Of a stretch of DNA of 49,352 nt, positions 7,397-15,586 are shown in pieces. A program made the position numbers and the translations under genes. Under the pieces are notes generated by a model. It did no database searches, had not been told where the DNA came from, and worked only from the letters and a program-made list of their open reading frames with translations. The stretch comes from Candidatus Nomurabacteria bacterium. Its GTDB lineage: Bacteria > Patescibacteriota > Minisyncoccia > Phycocordibacterales > UBA9973. Each line of letters opens with the position of its first letter. The first letter of the stretch is position 1. Location: positions 1-49,352 of the forward strand of contig JACPLQ010000020.1 of NCBI GenBank assembly GCA_016186435.1, in the 5' to 3' direction.

Positions 7397-8140
7397 CTAG
7401 TCACTAGCACCTAGTACCTGATTACTCATAATAATCTCTCCGCCGTGGCTCTCCTGCATGGCTTCGATGAGCCCTTGCCTGACCATCTCTAGCATAGCAA
7501 GAAATCCCACGATCACCATCACCTTCTCCTCTTTGGTGCGAGCATTGCCATGCTGTCCATGCAAATCTTTGAAATTCATTTTTAGAGATTTTTGTATTCG
7601 CTCAGTGAGATTTTCTATCATTTCTTCTATGCTTATCACTTTGCGCACTTCCACTTCGGGCATCGGCGCAATCTTGGGCATCGCGCCTAAAACATTTTTT
7701 ACAAACACCATCATGGATTCGCGGGTTATCTGCTCGTCCGGCATAAAAATTACCGTGCCGTGCCGGCGCTCTTCTGGAGCGAAAATCATTTTTTTGCCAA
7801 AAGTGCTCCGGATGCCACCGCCGAGCCGAGTGAAAAGTTCATATAGTCGCAAGCGCTCTTCCAAGCTTTTTATGTCGCCCTGTTCTTCATCTGTAAGCTC
7901 GAGCCCTGGCAATAGAGATTTAGATTTTATCAAAAGCAAAGTGGAAGCCACCAGCACAAAACTTGAAATATGCGCAGGATGCAACTCACCTATTTCCTTC
8001 ATATATTTGAGGTAATCCTCCGTCACCTGCGCGAGCGACACATCGTTGATAAAAAGCTTCCGTTTTTCTATCAGGTCGAGAAGTACCCCAAAAGGACCCT
8101 CGAAAACCGGCGTTTTAATGGTGTAGCTTTGGATTTCCAC
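7397..8140 (-). CDS. scpA: segregation and condensation protein A
   Basis: 247 aa with a ScpA/kleisin-like N-terminus (FEGPFGVLLDLIEKRKLFINDVSLAQVTEDY). GTG start. Confidence 0.9.
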   Translation of the reverse strand: MEIQSYTIKTPVFEGPFGVLLDLIEKRKLFINDVSLAQVTEDYLKYMKEIGELHPAHISSFVLVASTLLLIKSKSLLPGLELTDEEQGDIKSLEERLRLYELFTRLGGGIRSTFGKKMIFAPEERRHGTVIFMPDEQITRESMMVFVKNVLGAMPKIAPMPEVEVRKVISIEEMIENLTERIQKSLKMNFKDLHGQHGNARTKEEKVMVIVGFLAMLEMVRQGLIEAMQESHGGEIIMSNQVLGASD

Positions 8141-8146
8141 CCTTCT

Positions 8147-8155
8147 ATGTTAACA
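8147..8155 (-). promoter_or_regulatory. extended -10 box TGTTAACAT, 6 nt before the scpA GTG (8140)
   Basis: Minus strand: TGTTAACAT-agaagg-GTG. Confidence 0.4.
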
Positions 8156-8163
8156 TTTTTGGG

Positions 8164-10692
8164 ATGAAAAAGAAATCTGTCCGTCTTTCGAAAAATATAG
8201 TCCCAATAGAATACGATATCCAGCTCAAGCCCGACTTGGAGAATTTTACTTTTTCGGGAATTGAAACTATTACTTTAGATATTCTTCAAAAAACTAAAAT
8301 AATAACTCTGCACAGTAAAGAAATTGAGATAGATACTGTTGATATTTTAATTGGCAAAGAAAAAGTGTTCGGGAAAATTTCTTACGACAAAAAAAGTGAA
8401 ACGACTACTTTTACTTTTCCAAAAATTATTTCGGCCGGAAAAACAAGGTTAAACCTTGTTTTTAAGGGAATTCTAAATGACAAGATGCGCGGGTTTTATA
8501 GAAGCTGTTACAACATAGACGGTAAAGAATGTGTCATGGCTACGACGCAATTTGAAGCCACGGACGCGCGGCGCGCTTTCCCCTGCTTCGACGAACCGGC
8601 GCAAAAAGCAGTGTTTCGTGTTTCGCTGGTCGTGCCCAAAGGCAAAACTGCAATATCCAATACCTTGCCGGTATCGGTGCGGGAACATGAATCCGGCTAT
8701 GACATCGTAGAATTTTCCCCGACTCCCCGCATGTCCACTTATCTTCTTGCGTTCATCGTCGGCGATTTTGAGTGTATTGAAGCTTCCACCCCCTCGCCTT
8801 TGGCTCTCCCCCTTCGCAGGGGGAGAGGAACACGTGTCCGCATCTTCACCACCCCCGGCAAAAAACATCAGGCAAAATTCGCATTAGACTGCGCGGTAAA
8901 AATTTTAGAATTTTACGAAAAATATTTTGATATCAAGTATCCCCTGCCCGCGCTCGACCTGATTGCAATTCCGGATTTTTCTTCCGGCGCCATGGAGAAC
9001 TGGGGCGCGGTGACCTACCGCGAAAGCGCGCTTTTGGTGGACGAAGAACATTCTTCAGCTTCAAATAAACAATGGGTAGCCCTCGTCATAGCTCACGAGC
9101 TCGCGCACCAATGGTTTGGCAATCTGGTGACCATGGAGTGGTGGACGCATTTGTGGCTGAACGAAGGTTTTGCCTCGTATATTGAATACTTGGCCGTGGA
9201 TAAACTTTTCCCCTCCTGGGACATTTGGACTCAGTTCTCGACTGACGATACCGGGCGCGCCTTGCGGCTAGACGCCCTCGCTTCCACACACCCGATAGAA
9301 GTGGAAGTGCATCATCCGGACGAGATTGGCGAAATATTTGACGAAGTTTCCTATTCCAAGGGCGCGTCCTTGATCCGCATGCTCGCGGAATACTTGGGCG
9401 AAAAGAATTTTCGCGACGGCCTGCGGCACTATCTCAAAAAGCACAGCTACCAGAACACCTCGACCGTCCATCTCTGGCGGGCTTTTGAAAAAGTTTCGGG
9501 GCAACCAATCGCCAAAATGATGAAGAACTGGACCGGCAAACCCGGCTATCCGGTGGTCAAAGCAAGAATAATAAAAAATAAATTGTCTTTATCGCAGGAA
9601 AGGTTTTTTGCAAACCCCATCTCTAAGAAAAAAGCAAGAGATAAAACCAGATGGCAAATACCGTTCAATATAAAAAATAACAAGGTAAATTTCGGCGAAG
9701 CGGGGTTTTACCGGACCGCTTATTCTAAAGAATTATTGGAAAAACTTAGGAAACCTATACAAAATAAAGAATTGGGGGCTCGCGACCGCCTAGGCACTAT
9801 TCGCGACTTGTTTGCCCTCTCGGAAGCGGGCACTATCCCCACAACCGATGCCCTGGAATTTTTGGGAACATATAAACACGAAAATAATTACACTGTGTGG
9901 CTGGAAATCGCGAGCGGCCTGGCGCGCCTGGAGCAAATTACAGCAAGGACTCCCCTTGCTGAAAATCTCGATAAGTTTATCCTTAAATTTTTCTCTCCTC
10001 TCGCCAAAAAACTTAGCTGGACAAAAAAAGCCGGCGAACATCATACCGACGCCTTGCTCCGTTCGCTCGCTATCGCTCGCGCGGGGCATGCCGGCGATAA
10101 AAAAATAATAGCCGAGGCGCGCAAAAAATTCGCGCAAATGAAATCGGGCACGCATGTTTCCCCCGACCTTCGCGGAGCCATATACTCTATCGTGGCTACT
10201 TGGGGCGGACCCAAAGAATACAACGCGCTCCTAAAACTCTACAAAAAAGAAACTCTCCATGAAGAAAAAAACCGCATCGGCGGTGCCTTGGGAGATTTCA
10301 AAAACAAAAAACTGCTCGCCTGCGCTTGCGCGTTTGCAATGTCCTCCGATGTGCGCCCGCAGGACAGCGTCGGCATCCTCTCCGGCGTCGGTGCAAACCC
10401 CTTGGGCCGGAACATCTGGTGGGATTTCGTAAAAAAGAACTGGCAGACGCTCGTAACCCGCTACGGCGAAGGCGGCCTCACTCTCGGCCGAGCTATGAAA
10501 GCCATAAGCGGCAGTGCAGAGCCGAAACATCTCAAAGATTTCAAAAAATTCTTCCGCGCCCATCCCGCCCCCGGCGCTAAGCGCGCAATAGCGCAAGTGC
10601 TGGAACGTCTGGAAAGTAATATAATATGGTTTAGAAGAGATTATAAGTTAATTAAAAAATTTTTAAGCAAGTATGAAAACAGTAAACAATAG
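8164..10692 (+). CDS. pepN: M1-family aminopeptidase N
   Basis: GAMENWG exopeptidase motif and HELAHQWFGN...WLNEGFA zinc site. 842 aa. Confidence 0.9.
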   Translation: MKKKSVRLSKNIVPIEYDIQLKPDLENFTFSGIETITLDILQKTKIITLHSKEIEIDTVDILIGKEKVFGKISYDKKSETTTFTFPKIISAGKTRLNLVFKGILNDKMRGFYRSCYNIDGKECVMATTQFEATDARRAFPCFDEPAQKAVFRVSLVVPKGKTAISNTLPVSVREHESGYDIVEFSPTPRMSTYLLAFIVGDFECIEASTPSPLALPLRRGRGTRVRIFTTPGKKHQAKFALDCAVKILEFYEKYFDIKYPLPALDLIAIPDFSSGAMENWGAVTYRESALLVDEEHSSASNKQWVALVIAHELAHQWFGNLVTMEWWTHLWLNEGFASYIEYLAVDKLFPSWDIWTQFSTDDTGRALRLDALASTHPIEVEVHHPDEIGEIFDEVSYSKGASLIRMLAEYLGEKNFRDGLRHYLKKHSYQNTSTVHLWRAFEKVSGQPIAKMMKNWTGKPGYPVVKARIIKNKLSLSQERFFANPISKKKARDKTRWQIPFNIKNNKVNFGEAGFYRTAYSKELLEKLRKPIQNKELGARDRLGTIRDLFALSEAGTIPTTDALEFLGTYKHENNYTVWLEIASGLARLEQITARTPLAENLDKFILKFFSPLAKKLSWTKKAGEHHTDALLRSLAIARAGHAGDKKIIAEARKKFAQMKSGTHVSPDLRGAIYSIVATWGGPKEYNALLKLYKKETLHEEKNRIGGALGDFKNKKLLACACAFAMSSDVRPQDSVGILSGVGANPLGRNIWWDFVKKNWQTLVTRYGEGGLTLGRAMKAISGSAEPKHLKDFKKFFRAHPAPGAKRAIAQVLERLESNIIWFRRDYKLIKKFLSKYENSKQ
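8804..8827. repeat. GC-rich palindromic element, family 2, in frame inside pepN
   Basis: CTCTCCCCC-ttcgca-GGGGGAGAG, within the segment encoding STPSPLALPLRRGRG. Confidence 0.6.
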
Positions 10693-11260
10693 GTCAACCG
10701 AATATGAAATTGACGACATCTTTCTCAAGAGACACTCGCCTCGGGCACTTTCCGGCGAATCCATCAGCAAAGAAGAGCTTATGACGCTCTTTGATGCTGC
10801 CAGATGGGCGCCTTCTTCCTACAATGCTCAGCCCTGGCGATTTATCTACGCTCTACGCGGCACTAAGGAATTTGAGGTCTTTTTTTCTTTGCTGGTTGAC
10901 TTCAACAAGACATGGTGCAAAAACGCTGGAGCGTTGGCAGTCACGATTTCCAAGAAAACTTTTGAGCAAAGCGGCAAACCCTCGGTCACCCATTCTTTCG
11001 ACGCCGGCGCGGCCTGGGAAAATCTGGCGCTTCAGGCAGTGGATATGAATCTGGTGGCCCACGGCATGGAAGGTTTTAATTATGGGCAGGCCAAAGAAAA
11101 ACTGGGTGTGCCGGATGATTACAACGTTGAGATGATGATAGCTATCGGCCGGCACGGCAAAATAAAAGATTTACCGGAAAATATTAGGGCAGGTGAAATT
11201 CCCAACGACAGGAAACCCTTGAAAGATATCATTTTTGAAGGAAAATTCCCGAAAAACTAG
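10673..11260 (+). CDS. nitroreductase-family oxidoreductase
   Basis: 195 aa with nitroreductase-like sequence (RHSPRAL, AARWAPSSYNAQPWRF). Confidence 0.8.
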   Translation: MKTVNNRSTEYEIDDIFLKRHSPRALSGESISKEELMTLFDAARWAPSSYNAQPWRFIYALRGTKEFEVFFSLLVDFNKTWCKNAGALAVTISKKTFEQSGKPSVTHSFDAGAAWENLALQAVDMNLVAHGMEGFNYGQAKEKLGVPDDYNVEMMIAIGRHGKIKDLPENIRAGEIPNDRKPLKDIIFEGKFPKN

Positions 11261-11268
11261 GCGGGGAG

Positions 11269-11346
11269 CTATAGCGAATTAAAAAATTTCTCCATCTTTT
11301 TGAAGGATGAGGGGGTAATGATTTTTTTGATGGTTTTCTCGCTCAT
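11269..11346 (-). CDS. candidate 25-aa leaderless small ORF (MSEKTIKKIITPSSFKKMEKFFNSL)
   Basis: Not in the track. ATG at 11346 lies 6 nt downstream of TGGTATTAT (11353-11361, minus strand). Ends at TAG 11269-11271. No homology evidence. Confidence 0.2.
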   Translation of the reverse strand: MSEKTIKKIITPSSFKKMEKFFNSL

Positions 11347-11409
11347 ATTCAAATAATACCACACTCCCGGGAACATAATAGTTTTCCACACCCCAACTTT
11401 CTATTTTAC

Positions 11410-11438
11410 TTGACTAAAGTACTTTAGTTTGCTAAAGT
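11410..11438 (+). promoter_or_regulatory. sigma70-type promoter TTGACT-17 nt-TAAAGT
   Basis: -35 at 11410-11415, -10 at 11433-11438. Arm A of leader copy 1 starts 7 nt downstream. Confidence 0.5.
11413..11428. promoter_or_regulatory. perfect 16-bp palindrome ACTAAAGTACTTTAGT; candidate operator of the TrpR-like gene
   Basis: Overlaps the -35 (TTGACT, 11410-11415) and the spacer of the TTGACT-17-TAAAGT promoter. An extra half-site CTAAAGTA follows at 11432-11439. Confidence 0.5.
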
Positions 11439-11444
11439 AGAGAT

Positions 11445-11516
11445 ACTTGTCCCGTACTAAATTTTTGGGTAAGGGACAGAAAGATAAAGGATTATTATTA
11501 AAATTTTAGTACTGGG
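11445..11516 (+). promoter_or_regulatory. start-codon-abutting leader stem-loop, copy 1 (TrpR-like gene)
   Basis: ACTTGTCCCGTACTAAATTTTTG...TTAAAATTTTAGTACTGGG, followed directly by ATG 11517. 72 nt. Confidence 0.6.
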
Positions 11517-11933
11517 ATGAGTAAAGGAATGAACGAAAATACAAAGTTAAAAACAGTCAAAATGATTTTAGGCATAGGTCCGAGAGTAGACTGGAAAACA
11601 AAGACCAATAAACAGTTGGTAGCCGGCTTTTTGGAGCTCCAAACTGCCGATGAAGTAGAACGTTTCTTGCGTGACCTTATGACTCCGACAGAAATCAAAG
11701 AATTTGCTAACCGCCTGGAAGCCGCGCGCCTACTATCTCGAGATGTGCAGTACAATGCCATCAGTGAATCCACCGGCCTTTCTTCCACCACCATTGCCCG
11801 CATCGCCAAGTGGCTTTATGGTTCCCTCGGCGGCTACCGCTTGATTTTGAAACGCATCACCCTGAACCAAAGCAAGCTTGGTACGGGGCATAGCAACTCT
11901 TCCCAACTTAGGAAAGGGTTGTCTTGGAACTGA
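11517..11933 (+). CDS. TrpR-like YerC/YecD-family DNA-binding protein
   Basis: 138 aa. Pattern FLRDLMTPTEIKEFANRLEAARLL...YNAISESTGLSSTTIARIAKWL...GGY matches the Trp-repressor-like YerC/YecD fold family. Confidence 0.75.
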   Translation: MSKGMNENTKLKTVKMILGIGPRVDWKTKTNKQLVAGFLELQTADEVERFLRDLMTPTEIKEFANRLEAARLLSRDVQYNAISESTGLSSTTIARIAKWLYGSLGGYRLILKRITLNQSKLGTGHSNSSQLRKGLSWN

Positions 11934-11964
11934 TACTTAATTTGTAAATTAACTATTTCGAAAG

Positions 11965-11995
11965 CAACCCCTTCCAAAGTTGGAAGGGGTTTTGC
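11965..11995 (+). terminator. intrinsic terminator after the TrpR-like gene
   Basis: AACCCCTTCCAA-ag-TTGGAAGGGGTT followed by TTGCGTT. Confidence 0.7.
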
Positions 11996-12111
11996 GTTCC
12001 ATAAAACGCAGTAAAATTGTTCTTTGAAAATAGAGGTGGGTCGTGAATATTAGCATCTATGGAACATGGGGAATTTATTTTTTCGAGCTTCTTAACAATC
12101 TTCAGATTGTA

Positions 12112-12318
12112 ATGAAGAAAAATGATAAGGAAGAACTTAACAGACTCATGGCGGGTTGGATGGATTGGAACATTCTATCCTTAAAGAGTGCTGACGAAGT
12201 AAATGGAAGCTCCCAGCTTTCATCGTTTGAAAAAACATATTGCCTGAGTTTGTTCGACTTAGGCGAAAAGGAAGTTTGGATAGCCATTGATTTATGGCCA
12301 AGTGAACACTCGAAGTGA
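12112..12318 (+). CDS. hypothetical 68-aa protein
   Basis: ATG at 12112 (MKKNDKEELNRLMAGW...). Its TGA stop overlaps an ATG at 12318 (TGATG). No recognisable family. Confidence 0.3.
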   Translation: MKKNDKEELNRLMAGWMDWNILSLKSADEVNGSSQLSSFEKTYCLSLFDLGEKEVWIAIDLWPSEHSK

Positions 12319-12339
12319 TGCCGTTGAGGAAAAAACGAA

Positions 12340-12536
12340 AAAATGGTGCGAAAAATCAGGCACCAAACAGCACCAGTGGTGCAGAGGTGTCTGCGTTGAC
12401 TGCAAGGTCGACCATCCGCAAAAGACGGATACTTACGGTGACTGGCCTCCCGACGGACACTAAGCAAGCATCGCGCCTGGCAAGCGCACAAAAGGACGTA
12501 GCAAGTCTGGAACATAATTACTACGCCCCTTTTTTA
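12340..12536 (+). ncRNA. candidate structured GC-rich RNA or 3' UTR ending in an intrinsic terminator
   Basis: Chain of local hairpins:
- 12344-12365
- 12370-12382
- 12395-12412
- 12414-12430
- 12473-12487

A terminator stem GGACGTAG/CTACGCCC plus T-run follows at 12494-12536. The competing 80-aa ORF (12318-12557) reads straight through that terminator. Confidence 0.3.
12494..12536. terminator. terminator hairpin with T-run (strong on +, weaker on -)
   Basis: GGACGTAG...CTACGCCC followed by CTTTTTTATTTT. An A-run precedes it on the other strand. Confidence 0.55.
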
Positions 12537-12627
12537 TTTTACCTGCTACTTTACTAAACTAAATTACTTTATTTGACTAAAGTAAAGAAAGAATATGAGG
12601 GGGTACATATTTAAATATATACGGGGG

Positions 12628-12659
12628 TTACGTAATGTATTACGTAATAGATTACGTAA
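12628..12659. repeat. three tandem TTACGTAA palindromes with a 12-bp period
   Basis: TTACGTAA at 12628-12635, 12640-12647 and 12652-12659. Confidence 0.85.
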
Positions 12660-12660
12660 C

Positions 12661-12999
12661 TTAGCTCGCATCAATTTTGGCGGCGAGAATGAAATCGTTC
12701 TCGGACAGGCCACCGATGGCGTGTGTCGAGAGAATTAATTTCACTTTATTATAGTTTATTTTTATGTCCGGATGATGGCCTTCTCCTTCCGCGATTTCGG
12801 CTACATGATTCACAAAATTCATCGCGCCGATAAAATCTTTGAACTTATATTCTTTGGAGATTTTTATAAAATCTTTGTCTGACACCCAGCCTTCAACTTG
12901 TCCTAAATACTCTTGCGCCTTAATTTTATCAAAAGGCTTGATTCCCTTCCCTTCGCAAGCTATGCATATTTTCTTTAATAAGTCTGATCGCTTAATCAT
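12661..12999 (-). CDS. pterin-4-alpha-carbinolamine dehydratase
   Basis: 112 aa with the PCD/DCoH signature (EGEGHHPDIKINYNKVKLILSTH). Confidence 0.85.
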   Translation of the reverse strand: MIKRSDLLKKICIACEGKGIKPFDKIKAQEYLGQVEGWVSDKDFIKISKEYKFKDFIGAMNFVNHVAEIAEGEGHHPDIKINYNKVKLILSTHAIGGLSENDFILAAKIDAS

Positions 13000-13034
13000 T
13001 TGTATATTTTACCATTTTTCTATACAATAATCAC

Positions 13035-13925
13035 ATGTATAAATTAATAACTCCTTACGCGAGCGACTTCGGCCCACGCCGAGGCGGAGCAAGCAGGCCG
13101 AACGTCGTAATCAAGCATTTTCCCGATACTGAATCCTATGTTTTTATACCCAAAGTAGCATCTCTCAAAAATAAAAAAGTAACCATATACCATAGACTAT
13201 TTCCAGAGCCTGATAAGAGGCTCTTTGAACTTGTACTCATTTTGTCCCGAGTAGTCAAAGAGACAAAACAAGTAGAATTATTGGTACCATATCTCCCTTA
13301 TGCACGCCAGGATAAAGAACACGAGCCGGGCGATGTTGTTAGCGCCGATGTGCTTTGCGGATTGCTAAAAACTTATGGCGTAAAGAAACTTATTACTTAT
13401 GACTGCCATTTCTTGCCAAAGCCGGGGAATTTTGTAAGGGGTGGTTTGAAAATAGAAAACAGGTCGGCAGGCAAACAGCTCCTAGCTTACGCAAAAAAAT
13501 ATTTTGCAAAAGGAAAAATTAGAGAGAAATTTATCGTAATTTCTCCGGATCAAGGCTCTTCCTATTTTGTACAAAACGCAGAAGGCTATGCCATGCACAA
13601 GAAGCGCAAGCGCACCAACAAGAATGACATTAAAACTGAAGTCCACATGGAGAATAAATTAAACGAGCTCATGGATGTAAAAGGTAAAAATATTTGTATA
13701 TTAGACGACATTATCGCCACAGGCGGAACGATACGAAGAGCGGCCGAGCACCTAAAAGCGCGAGGCGCCAAGAAAATAATTGTCGGCGCTGTGCACGGAG
13801 TATTCTGCGGAGACAACATTGCTGAAAAAATACTTAAAAGCTCCTGTGATGAAATTTTCACCACAAACGCTGTCATCAATAATAGTAATCAAAATGTGAA
13901 AATCTTAAAATTAAAGCTCGTTTAA
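13035..13925 (+). CDS. prs: ribose-phosphate pyrophosphokinase
   Basis: YLPYARQDK motif and PRPP-binding loop [10 protein letters not shown]. Confidence 0.85.
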
Positions 13926-15140
13926 ATTTAGAATATGACCCATTTTATTTTTCTTGGTAAGAAGGTAATTTTCATTATGCTTGTTGGATTTTATTTCTAT
14001 CGGGATATTTTCTATAATTTCAAGGCCGTATCCGGTAAGACCGGCGCGCTTGGTCGGGTTGTTGGTCAGAAGCCGCATTTTAGAAACACCTAAATCTCGT
14101 AAAATCTGCGCCCCAATGCCATAATCGCGTTCATCCATTTTGAAACCCAGCTTTAAATTTGCTTCCACGGTATCCAAACCTTGTTCCTGCAATTTATATG
14201 CCTTCAATTTATTGAGGAGTCCTATGCCCCGGCCTTCCTGATTCATATATACGATAACCCCCTTACCCGCAAAACTTATCATCTCCATGGCCCTATCAAG
14301 CTGGGGTCCGCAATCACAGCGCAGCGAGCCAAATATGTCTCCGGTCATACATGAAGAATGTACCCGCACCAAAATGGGTTCGTCCTTTTGCCATTTGCCT
14401 TTGACTAAAGCCAAATGCTCTTCGCCCGTATCTTTACGCCGGTAAGCATAAAGGTCGAAGTCGCCCCATTTTGTGGGCAGACTCACCTGCACTTCTCTTT
14501 GAATTAAAGTTTCATTTTTTAGTCTGTAACTGATCAGATCTTCTATGCTGATAATTTTCAAATTCATTTTTTTTGCTATCTTCATCAAATCAGGCAGGCG
14601 GGCCATAGTGCCATCCCTGTTCATAATCTCGACTAAAATGCCTGCCGGCGCCATACCTGCCAAACGCGCCAAGTCCATCACCGCCTCCGTATGTCCGGCT
14701 CGCCTCAAGACGCCGCCAGCCATCGCTTGCAGGGGGAAAATATGTCCGGGACGGCCCAGATCTTCCGGCCGGGTAGAAGGATCAATTAAAGCGCGCACTG
14801 TCTTTGCCCTGTCATGGGCGGAAATTCCGGTGGTGCAATCTTGACCAAGCAAATCCACGGAAACGGTAAAAGAGGTGGAGTGCAAGGAAGTATTTTTATC
14901 GGACATCATCGGCAATTCAAGTTTTTTGGCCCGTTCTTCCGTAATAGGTGCACATATCAGTCCCCGGCCGTGTATCGCCATAAAATTTATTATTTCGGGC
15001 GTGACATTCTCCGCCGCTGTGACAAAATCGCCCTCGTTTTCGCGTGATGCGTCATCCACCACAATCACCAGCTTGCCTGCTTTGATGTCTAAAATAGCAT
15101 CTTCTACATTATCCAATTCAATTTTTTTAATGTTTTTCAT
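13911..15140 (-). CDS. ribBA: bifunctional 3,4-dihydroxy-2-butanone-4-phosphate synthase / GTP cyclohydrolase II
   Basis: 409 aa. DHBP synthase N-half ([11 protein letters not shown]) and GCH-II C-half ([20 protein letters not shown]). Confidence 0.92.
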
Positions 15141-15586
15141 TATTTTATTAAGGCAAGTTCAAGCGCTGCAAGAGTAGCTTCGCCTCCGACATGGATTCTA
15201 GCCTTTGCCTGTTTTAAGTTATTCACCGTAAGCACTCCGAAGCCTACGGGAATGTTATCTTCAAGCATGACTTCCAAAACCCCTTCTTGCGCCATTTTGC
15301 ATACATAATCAAAATGTGGAGTATCTCCCTTTATAACACAACCAAGCGCAATTAAAAAATCATACTTATTAGAACGCGCCAATTTATGCAGAGCAAAAGG
15401 AATTTCAACTGAGCCGGCAACGGAAATTATTTTTTGTTTTTTTTCACTGACTTTGCTTTTTTTTAGCGTAACTAATGCAGATTTTAAAAGCTCATCTGTA
15501 ATTTGATTATTCCACCTGGCAACAACAATCCCAGCCTTTAATTTGCTTCCATCCAAGTATTTATATGTTTTACTTTTTATTTGCAT
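15140..15586 (-). CDS. ribH: 6,7-dimethyl-8-ribityllumazine synthase
   Basis: 148 aa with lumazine synthase sequence ([35 protein letters not shown]). Confidence 0.92.

Noticed and set aside
7458-8015. Long ORFs antisense to well-supported genes. Examples: 7458-8015, 8473-8868, 9790-10155, 10231-10596, 12102-12515, 19511-20083, 20984-21583, 25156-25458, 29027-29965, 30176-30706, 31133-31660, 42438-42920.
   Set aside because: Each lies opposite a gene with clear family signatures. Their translations are low-complexity or Ser/Arg/Phe-rich. They cluster where the sense gene is GC-rich or codon-biased. They are treated as shadow ORFs.
12340-12536. Identification of the GC-rich structured segment as SRP RNA, tmRNA, RNase P RNA or 6S RNA.
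   Set aside because: - It lacks the SRP domain IV GGAA/AGCA motifs.
- It lacks the tmRNA GGGG...CCA ends and tag ORF.
- It lacks the RNase P GAGGAAAGUCC and ACAGAA(A/C)CCGGCUUA boxes.

It is kept only as an unclassified candidate.
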